From Pyrinomonadaceae bacterium (lineage in GTDB: Bacteria > Acidobacteriota > Blastocatellia > Pyrinomonadales > Pyrinomonadaceae), in the NCBI GenBank assembly GCA_035652995.1, contig DASRCS010000026.1, positions 580 to 64,579 on the forward strand: a DNA stretch of 64,000 bases, in the 5' to 3' direction. Position 1 is the first letter of the stretch. Every line of letters begins with the position of its first letter. The translations under genes and the position numbers were made by a program. Positions 1 through 7,512 of this stretch are shown one piece after another. The notes under the pieces were generated by a model, which saw only the letters and a program-made list of their open reading frames with translations, was not told the origin of the DNA and made no database searches.

Positions 1-86
1 TTCTCGCGATCCTCGTCGTCCACGATGATGATCATGCGGCCTTCGCGCAAGTCAGCGGCGGCCTCTTCGACGGAAGCAAAAGGCAT
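1..86 (-). CDS. ribB: 3,4-dihydroxy-2-butanone-4-phosphate synthase (RibB or RibBA), 5' end only, runs off the window
   Basis: Reverse-strand translation from ATG at 86 gives MPFASVEEAAADLREGRMIIIVDDEDRE, matching the conserved RibB N-terminal motif (LREG...VVDDEDRENEGD). Too short to appear in the ORF track. Confidence 0.6.
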   Translation of the reverse strand, partial: MPFASVEEAAADLREGRMIIIVDDEDRE

Positions 87-315
87 AGGGGTCTCGCCCG
101 TAAAACTCAACTGTGGAGAGCTTTTGTAGTCGCCGGGTATGTTACCTGAAAGCGCGCCTTTTTGCGAACGGATTGTCGGCGCGGGCGAGGAGGTCCGACT
201 GTCCGTTAAGAAACAGACGCGCCTTCTTCGCGCCCTCCGCGGTTGAAGAGGCTTGCTTGCTTGACCGCGGAGGGCGCGAAGAAGGCGCGGAAGCGTGTCG
301 CAGAGTTTCGGCCTC

Positions 316-1530
316 TTACTGGCCGCAGAAGCGCGCGCGGTACTCGCTCGATGTGATGAAGGCTTTGACCATCTCGGCGCGGACGTAGTCGCCGCCGAAC
401 TCGTCGAGCTTACTCAACCAGAAGTTATAACCGCTCATGTCGTGGTCGGGCGCGTCGTCGGGGTTGCGCCGGAGGTAGCCGAAGTATTGCATCAGGACGA
501 AGGCGCGGTTGAACTCCCTCTGCCGGAAGCCCGCGTCATCGGCGACGGCGCGCAGGACTTCGGCGCGGGTCTTGTTGCCCGCCGAGAGGTCTGCGACGAG
601 CGCGTCGCGCGCGCCGGTCGCGGGCGTGATGCCTGCGTTCGCGAGCAGGCGGTCAACGTACTGCGCGTCGGAGAGTTGATCGAACGCGGACTTGAAGTCG
701 GGGCGGCTCACCCATTCGTCGAGCAGCGCGCGCGTGTTCGCTTCGAGCGTCGCCTGCCACCCCGCGGCGTTGACGATCACGCCGCGCGAGGCGGCGCGCG
801 CGTCGGGCAGAAACTCCTCGCGCCGCGGCGCGCGACCGTAGGAGGCCACGTAGAGGCGGTGGACGAGGTAGCCGGTCTGCTGGAACTCAATCGAGAGGAA
901 GAAGGCGGCGGAGGTGTCAACGCGCTTGCGCTCGACGCAGGCCGCGTCGCCCGCGGGGCAAGCGGCGGTCAGGTTGCCAGTCCAGAAGCGGAAGCCCTGC
1001 GCGTCCGGGTCGCGACCGAGGAAGTCTTCGTAGTGCCGCCAGACGAAGACCGACGCGTCGTCCGCGGGGTTCGACACGGCGTCCGACGCCGGGCCGACGA
1101 CGAACTGCCTGCTCGCGACGAACGTGCCGCGCGAGTTGAGCGTGAAGGTATATGTGCCCGGCGCGAGCGCGCCGAGGTCGTAAACCTGCTCGGCGAACGT
1201 CTGCATCTGGATCGAAAAGCCCGTCCAGCGCTCCGCCTTCACGTCAACGGAGAAGTTGCCGCCCGCGCCCGCAGCCTGTCCCCAGTCGGTCACGCGGTAG
1301 CCGCCGTCGTTGAAGGTGAACTTCACTTTGGCGAACGTCCTGCCGCCGCACGTGAGAACGTCGAGTTCGGTCTGCTGCGCGACCGGTGTGTAAGAGACCC
1401 ACGTCTCGGACGGGGTTTGCGCCGAAGCGCGCCGGAGCACGACGCCCGACGCGGCGAGCAGCAGCGACGCGACGAATAGCGAGAAGAAAACGGATTTATT
1501 TCTGACGAGAAGTCTGGGCACGATTTTCAT
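316..1530 (-). CDS. secreted DUF4214 domain-containing protein
   Basis: ORF 316..1935 trimmed to the ATG at 1530, preceded by GGAGG. Signal-like N-terminus MKIVPRLLVRNKSVFFSLFVASLLLAASG. Motifs FVWRHYEDFLGRDPDAQGFRFW and YVDRLLANAG are typical of DUF4214. Confidence 0.8.
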   Translation of the reverse strand: MKIVPRLLVRNKSVFFSLFVASLLLAASGVVLRRASAQTPSETWVSYTPVAQQTELDVLTCGGRTFAKVKFTFNDGGYRVTDWGQAAGAGGNFSVDVKAERWTGFSIQMQTFAEQVYDLGALAPGTYTFTLNSRGTFVASRQFVVGPASDAVSNPADDASVFVWRHYEDFLGRDPDAQGFRFWTGNLTAACPAGDAACVERKRVDTSAAFFLSIEFQQTGYLVHRLYVASYGRAPRREEFLPDARAASRGVIVNAAGWQATLEANTRALLDEWVSRPDFKSAFDQLSDAQYVDRLLANAGITPATGARDALVADLSAGNKTRAEVLRAVADDAGFRQREFNRAFVLMQYFGYLRRNPDDAPDHDMSGYNFWLSKLDEFGGDYVRAEMVKAFITSSEYRARFCGQ

Positions 1531-1631
1531 GAGGAGCCTCCTGCGCGGCGAATTATTCAACGCGCGCGGCGAGTTGTAAAGAAAATTTCCCGCGGCGCTT
1601 CCGCGGCTCGATTCGCGCGGGCCGCGCCGCG

Positions 1632-2285
<654 letters not shown>

Positions 2286-2307
2286 CTCGCGGCCTGGCCT
2301 CCTGCTC

Positions 2308-2997
2308 CTACTGAGTTCCTGTGCGCGCCTGACGCTCGCGGACGACTTCGAGCATACGTAGGAAGACCTCTTCGATGGTGAACTCGGTGGTGTCAATGAC
2401 GACGGCGTCGGACGCTGCGCGGAGCGGCGAGTCGTCGCGCGTGGAGTCGCGTTGGTCGCGCTCGTTGATGTCGGCGAGAGTCTCCTCGAAGGTCTGCGTC
2501 TGGTCGCGCGCGCGCTCCTCGTCGAGACGGCGGCGCGCGCGCTCTTCGGGTTTGGCGGTGAGGAAGAACTTTACGCCCGCCGAAGGGAAGACGACCGTGC
2601 CGATGTCGCGACCGTCGAGCACGACGCCGCCCTGCGCGCCCATCTCGCGCTGACGCCGGACGAGTTCGCGCCGCACTTCCGGTATCGCCGAGACGACCGA
2701 CGCGGCTTGACCGACGCCCTCGCCGCGAATCTCCCGCGACACGTCGCGACCGTCGAGCACGACGCGCAGAGAGTCGGGGTCGCCTTCGAGTCTGATCGAG
2801 GCGCGGCGTGCGACCTCGGCCACGCGCGCTGAGTCCGAGAGTTCGACGCCCGCCGTGACGGCGGCGAGCGCGACGGCGCGATACATCGCGCCCGTGTCAA
2901 TGTAGAGCAGCCCCAGCTCGCGCGCGAGGCTTCGGCCCAGAGTTGACTTGCCCGCGCCCGAAGGGCCGTCAATGGCGATGATGAGAGGCTTCGACAT
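2308..2997 (-). CDS. cmk: cytidylate kinase
   Basis: [37 protein letters not shown]-loop and CMP-kinase signature. An alternative start at 3009 adds MFEI. Confidence 0.9.
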   Translation of the reverse strand: MSKPLIIAIDGPSGAGKSTLGRSLARELGLLYIDTGAMYRAVALAAVTAGVELSDSARVAEVARRASIRLEGDPDSLRVVLDGRDVSREIRGEGVGQAASVVSAIPEVRRELVRRQREMGAQGGVVLDGRDIGTVVFPSAGVKFFLTAKPEERARRRLDEERARDQTQTFEETLADINERDQRDSTRDDSPLRAASDAVVIDTTEFTIEEVFLRMLEVVRERQARTGTQ

Positions 2998-3001
2998 AAT
3001 C

Positions 3002-4186
3002 TCAAACAAACGTGGCGAAGACTTCGTTCGAGAGCAGAGCGCCCGCCGGGGTCAGGCGCAGCACGTCGCCTTCGAGTTCGACGAGGCCGGCCTCGTCGAA
3101 GCGCGCGATCTCTTCGGCGTAGTCGGCGCGAACGTCCCTCCGAAAACGCGCGCGGTGTTCCGACAGGTTGACGCCGCGCGAGAGAAGGCGCAGGCCGAGG
3201 AAGAGTGCTTCGGCGCTGCGGTCGCGCGCGTCCAACCCTTCGCGCCAGACGACGGCGCTTCCCTTCTCTTCGACCAGCGAAACGTATGCGCGCGTGTCGC
3301 GCTCGTTCGACCAGCGCGCGGCGCGTCCGTCGAACGAGTGCGCCGAGCATCCGAAGCCGAAGTACGGCTCGCCCGTCCAGTATTTCATGTTGTGGCGCGA
3401 CTCGCGCCCCGCGAGGCAGAAGTTTGAAATCTCGTACTGCTCGTAGCCGGCGTCGCGCGTGCGCTCGACGAGCGCGCGGTACATCTCGGCGGCGAGGTCT
3501 TGGTCGGGCGCGGCGTAGCGGCCTTGCCTGATCTGTTCGGCGAGCGGCGTGCCCTCGTGGACTTCGAGCAGGTAGAGCGAGAGGTGTTCGGGGCGGAGCG
3601 CGAGCGCTTCGTCGAGGTTGCACGCCCAGGCATCGAGCGTCTGTTCGGGCAGACCGGCGATGAGGTCGAAGCTGATGTTGGTGAAGCCCGCCTCGCGCAG
3701 CAACGCGAGCGTGCGGCGCGTGTCGTCCGCGGTGTGCGTGCGCCCCAGACGCTTGAGTTCGCGTTCGTCGAAGGTCTGCGCGCCGAAGCTCGCGCGGTTG
3801 ACGCCTTCGCCGCGGAACGCGCGCAAAGCTCCGGGCGTGACGGTGCCCGGATTCATCTCCATCGTCACCTCGGCGTCCGCCGAAACGTCGAAGCGGCGAC
3901 GAACCGAGTCGAGTATGCGCGAAGCTTGCGCGGGCGTGAGCAGGCTCGGCGTGCCGCCGCCGAAATAGATGGTGTCAACCTTGGTGACAACATCGCTGTC
4001 GGCTTCGGTGCGCGAGTCGTCAACGTCCGCGCGCGGCACGCGGAGGCCGAACGATTCGATCTCGCGCGCGACGGCGCGGACGTACCTGTCGGCGAGCGCG
4101 CCTTCGTAAGCGCCCGTCGCGAAGTCGCAGTAGGAGCAGCGCGCGCGACAGAAGGGTACGTGTATGTAGATTCCGGCCCGGCTCAT
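3002..4186 (-). CDS. hemW: HemW/HemN-like radical SAM protein (heme chaperone family)
   Basis: YIHVPFCRARCSYCDF CxxxCxxC radical-SAM motif and HemN-like C-terminal domain, 394 aa. Confidence 0.85.
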   Translation of the reverse strand: MSRAGIYIHVPFCRARCSYCDFATGAYEGALADRYVRAVAREIESFGLRVPRADVDDSRTEADSDVVTKVDTIYFGGGTPSLLTPAQASRILDSVRRRFDVSADAEVTMEMNPGTVTPGALRAFRGEGVNRASFGAQTFDERELKRLGRTHTADDTRRTLALLREAGFTNISFDLIAGLPEQTLDAWACNLDEALALRPEHLSLYLLEVHEGTPLAEQIRQGRYAAPDQDLAAEMYRALVERTRDAGYEQYEISNFCLAGRESRHNMKYWTGEPYFGFGCSAHSFDGRAARWSNERDTRAYVSLVEEKGSAVVWREGLDARDRSAEALFLGLRLLSRGVNLSEHRARFRRDVRADYAEEIARFDEAGLVELEGDVLRLTPAGALLSNEVFATFV

Positions 4187-4583
4187 CTCTGAAGAGTTCG
4201 TGTCCGACGAGTTTTGAAATTATAGCACGCGCCCCTCAGGCGGCCCCGTCGCGTGTGCGCCGGAAGACAAAGGCGGCGCGCGGCGTGTACGTTTTTTTGC
4301 CGACGCCTGTACGACTTTAATTTGGGCGGAATAGTACCAAGCCCGCGCGGGCGTCGCGCCGCCCGCATCGGTGCGCCGCGATTAGCGAGCAAAAGAAGCA
4401 CGGCCCGAACTCCGAGACTGTCGCCGCGACGCGCAGTCCGAGTGGCATGAGTTTTGTTTCTGCCAGAGCGGGAAAAGGTATAAGTGGGTGAACGCGCGAG
4501 ACCGCACGGCTTTCTTTCCGTTGCTGCGTCTGCGCCGTTCATCTGTCGGCTCACGACCAACACATACAATGGAGGAGAGAGTC

Positions 4584-4922
4584 ATGGCAGATAACATGGA
4601 AGGACAGGGCGGCAGCGGCTCTGGCGGCGGCGGCACTTCGGGCGGCTCGTCGGGTGGTTCTTCTGGCGGCGGCGGAGGCACGGGCGGAGGCGGCAGCACC
4701 GGCGGCGGTGGCGGCAGCTCGTCCGGCGGTTCGAGCGGTGGTTCGAGCGGCGGAAGCTCCGGCGGTGGCGGCGGCACTTCGGGCGGCGGATCGAGCAGCG
4801 GCGGCGGCGGCGGTTCCAGCAGCGGCGGCTCTTCGGGCGGCGGCGGCGGAAGCTCTTCGGGCGGTTCGTCTGGAGGCTCGTCGGGTGGTTCGAGCGGCGG
4901 CAGCTCAGGCGGCGGAAGATAG
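4584..4922 (+). CDS. Gly/Ser-only low-complexity small protein (112 aa), function unknown
   Basis: ATG at 4584 preceded by GGAGGAGAG. The ORF is followed by a stem-loop plus T-run at 4977..5019. The protein after MADNMEGQ is almost entirely G, S and T. Confidence 0.5.
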   Translation: MADNMEGQGGSGSGGGGTSGGSSGGSSGGGGGTGGGGSTGGGGGSSSGGSSGGSSGGSSGGGGGTSGGGSSSGGGGGSSSGGSSGGGGGSSSGGSSGGSSGGSSGGSSGGGR

Positions 4923-4976
4923 TAGTCACGCCGCGCAAAAGGATTCAGCCCACTGCGGCTGAATGCGTCAAGGGGG

Positions 4977-5019
4977 AAAGGGCGGGCGCTGGTTTCGACT
5001 CAGCGTCCGCCCTTATTTT
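4977..5019. terminator. bidirectional intrinsic terminator between convergent genes
   Basis: AAAGGGCGGGCGCTG / CAGCGTCCGCCCTT stem followed by ATTTTG on the + strand and a T-containing tract on the - strand. Lies between the Gly/Ser ORF (+) and the dipeptidase gene (-). Confidence 0.65.
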
Positions 5020-5086
5020 GTGAAGCGTAAACTGTGCGCCGGGAGCGCGGGCAAAGGTGTACGCGTTCCCGGCTAAGGCGCGTCAA

Positions 5087-6487
5087 CTACTTCGTCTGAG
5101 CGTCGAGCCGGCGCAGGTTCCCCTCGCCGCTGATCTTGCGCCGCTCGACGCGGGCGACGCGCTCGACCTCGGCGAAGGCGCGCATGAAGTTGCCGCCCAA
5201 GATTTTCAGAATGTCCTGCTCGCTGTAGCCGCGCCGCAGAAGCTCGTATGTGATGCTCGGCAAATCCTCTACGCCGTGCATCCCGGCGGGCAGCGTGACG
5301 CCTCCGTCGAAGTCCGAGCCGAGTCCGACGTGGTCAATGCCGGCGACCTTCGCGATGTGGTCAATGTGGTCAACGAGCACCGAGACTGTCGTCTCCGGCA
5401 GAGGGTTCGCGTCTTCGAGCTTCTGCAACTCTTCCGCCAGACGCTTCGGGTCGTTCTTGTACTGCGCGCTCAAAGCGTCGCTCTGCGCCTTCAGCTTCGC
5501 GTCGCGCTCGACTGAAGCCTGACGAACCTTCTCGTCGAGGAAGACCGAGTAGAAGTTGACCATCACGACGCCGCCGTTTGCCCCGATGCGCTTGAGCAGG
5601 TCGTCGGGGATGTTCCGCTTGTGGTTCGAGATCGCGCGCGCCGAAGAGTGCGACGCGATGACCGGAGCCTTCGACACGTCGAGCGCGTCCGACATCGTCT
5701 TATCGGAGACGTGCGAGATGTCAACGAACATCCCCAGGCGGTTCATCTCGCGCACGACATCCTTGCCGAAGTCGGTCAGCCCGTTATGACGCGCCTCGTC
5801 GCAGCAGGCGTCGGCCCACTCGTTCGTGTTGTTGTGCGTCAAGGTCATGTAGCGCACGCCGAGCCGGTAGAACTCGCGCAGCGCCGAAAGCGAATTCTCA
5901 ATCGCGTGCCCGCCCTCGATGCCCATCAGCACGCCGACCTTCCCCTCGCGCTTCGCGCGCCGTATGTCTGCGGTCGAGGTCGCGAGCATCAGGTCGTTCG
6001 GGTACTTCTCGACCATCCTGTACGTCACGTCAATCAGGTCGAGCGCGCGCGCAGCCGAGCCGCCCTCGACGACGTAGTGCGTGCTCACCCAGTCGGGCGT
6101 CGCGTACTGCCGGTCAACGTAGATCGAGAAGAACTCGCCCGTCAGCCCCGACTGCTTCAGGCGCTGCAAGTCCGTGTGATACTTCCCCGCCGAAGGCGTG
6201 CCGAGGTCGTAATTCTCGTCAACCATGACCGACGGGATGTCGTTGTGCCCGTCAACGATGATCGCCTTCCGGTGAATCGCCAGAGCCTTCTGCCACAGCC
6301 GCTCGTCCCGCTGCGGCGTGGCCGAGGTCTGCGGCGTCGGAGTCGCCGAGCTTCGCGCGCCGGACGAAGCTTGCGCGCCCGACTTCGACGCGGACGCGGC
6401 CTTGCCCGAAGTGAATGAGAGCGACGAAGCGGCGAGCGCGCAAGCGACGACGCCGACAAACAAAGCGACGCGAAGAGTCCTGTTCAT
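5087..6487 (-). CDS. membrane dipeptidase (peptidase family M19), secreted or lipid-anchored
   Basis: IIVDGHNDIP, HVSD and GLGSDFDG motifs of renal-dipeptidase-like enzymes. N-terminal signal peptide and Ser/Ala/Thr-rich linker. Confidence 0.9.
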   Translation of the reverse strand: MNRTLRVALFVGVVACALAASSLSFTSGKAASASKSGAQASSGARSSATPTPQTSATPQRDERLWQKALAIHRKAIIVDGHNDIPSVMVDENYDLGTPSAGKYHTDLQRLKQSGLTGEFFSIYVDRQYATPDWVSTHYVVEGGSAARALDLIDVTYRMVEKYPNDLMLATSTADIRRAKREGKVGVLMGIEGGHAIENSLSALREFYRLGVRYMTLTHNNTNEWADACCDEARHNGLTDFGKDVVREMNRLGMFVDISHVSDKTMSDALDVSKAPVIASHSSARAISNHKRNIPDDLLKRIGANGGVVMVNFYSVFLDEKVRQASVERDAKLKAQSDALSAQYKNDPKRLAEELQKLEDANPLPETTVSVLVDHIDHIAKVAGIDHVGLGSDFDGGVTLPAGMHGVEDLPSITYELLRRGYSEQDILKILGGNFMRAFAEVERVARVERRKISGEGNLRRLDAQTK

Positions 6488-6676
6488 CTGCTGTCCCTAC
6501 TTTTTCCGAAGAGGTCTTCACCAGCGGAAAGCGCGCAGGATTATAAGCCCGACCGGAACGGTTCTCAATTAAACGTGTGAGGTAATGCTGACGACGTACT
6601 CTAAATAATCGCGGGGACGCGCGGACACTCAACGCCCGCGTGCCCCCGCACGTTCGAGGGATTCGCCTAAATTATT

Positions 6677-7054
6677 TTACTTCGACTCCCCTCCGTTCCC
6701 CTTCTTACGTTTCGAGGGGCTTTTATACTCCAACTTCTTCTTCCTCCCCACTGACGCCACCTGATCCGAGTTCGAGCCGAACTGCGCGTCCACCTGCACC
6801 TTCGCGTCGAGCATCGCGTTGTGGAACGCCCACGCCGCCGCGATCTCCGCGTCACGCTTGGCGTCGGCCTCGGCCTGTGCCTGTGTCGCCTCGCGCTGCG
6901 CTTCGTCCAGACGGTCGCGCAGGGCCTTTATGTTCGTCACCGTATATGCCTGATTCGCGGGCGCGTAGTTCTCAATCCCCTGCAAAGCGTCGAACGCGTC
7001 GCGGTCAGACGCAAGTTGCGCGGATGGTAATCTCCTCGTCTGATTCTTCGCCAT
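6677..7054 (-). CDS. hypothetical protein (125 aa, Ala/Gln/Glu-rich helical centre, Lys-rich tail)
   Basis: ORF 6677..7099 trimmed to the ATG at 7054, preceded by AGGAAA. I recognise no family. Confidence 0.5.
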   Translation of the reverse strand: MAKNQTRRLPSAQLASDRDAFDALQGIENYAPANQAYTVTNIKALRDRLDEAQREATQAQAEADAKRDAEIAAAWAFHNAMLDAKVQVDAQFGSNSDQVASVGRKKKLEYKSPSKRKKGNGGESK

Positions 7055-7221
7055 AAGTTTTTCCTTTCGGCATGAGGTTAACGGTTTGACGAGTCTCAAT
7101 GAGGCTCGCCGTAGGCAGTGCGCGCGAGTATGGCGCGGATTCTACGCCCCCCGCGCCGCCGCCGCAAGACTTTTCTACGCCGCCGCCCCCTGCCGCGACG
7201 CGACACGCCCCGCAATCAAGC

Positions 7222-7430
7222 AAACACGCCCTGCTACGACGTAATCACGCCCTGCTACGAAGAAATCGCACGCTGCTACGAAGTAATCACGCGATACTAC
7301 GCCCCAACAATCCGTGATTACGTCGCAACACGCGCTGCAATAAGCCAATCACGCCCTGCTACAAAGCAATTCCGCCCTGCAATAACATATTTCCGCGCTG
7401 CTACGACGCAATTTCGCCCCGCAACGACCC
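7222..7430. repeat. about 10-11 tandem degenerate copies of a 21-bp unit (consensus near AATCACGCCCTGCTACGAMGY)
   Basis: Read directly: aaacacgccctgctacgacgt / aatcacgccctgctacgaaga / aatcgcacgctgctacgaagt / aatcacgcgatactacgcccc / aacaatccgtgattacgtcgc / aacacgcgctgcaataagcc / aatcacgccctgctacaaagc / aattccgccctgcaataacat / atttccgcgctgctacgacgc / aatttcgccccgcaacgaccc. Confidence 0.8.
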
Positions 7431-7512
7431 GGAAACGCCTCTCTCCACCCCATTTTCCCCTCAACCACTCACAACCGCGCCCGCGCCCCCGCAATCATCT
7501 CCCCATACCCCG

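Noticed and set aside
295-1479. Long + strand ORF (394 aa) overlapping the DUF4214 gene. Similar long shadow ORFs occur at 10705..12561 (-), 13239..14681 (-), 28133..31048 (-), 40512..42596 (-), 42744..44192 (-), 45916..47763 (-), 52270..53973 (-), 56114..58492 (+), 59723..60604 (+) and 59733..60989 (-).
   Set aside because: These are Arg/Ala/Gly/Asp-rich translations with no recognisable motifs. They lie antisense or out of frame to genes with clear homology. Such shadows are an expected artefact of stop-codon scarcity in high-GC DNA.
4382-4777. Pro-rich ORF (MPPPPPELPPLEPP...) on the - strand, mirroring the Gly/Ser ORF.
   Set aside because: It has no RBS. It starts inside the repeat and runs out into non-repetitive upstream DNA. 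The + strand reading has an RBS, a defined end and a terminator.
3002-4922. Idea that the HemW-like radical SAM enzyme modifies the neighbouring Gly/Ser peptide (a RiPP-like pair).
   Set aside because: The radical SAM protein looks like a standard HemW in a cmk-hemW housekeeping context. The genes are divergent and 390 nt apart. The peptide has no leader-like region and no Cys. No other RiPP machinery is present.
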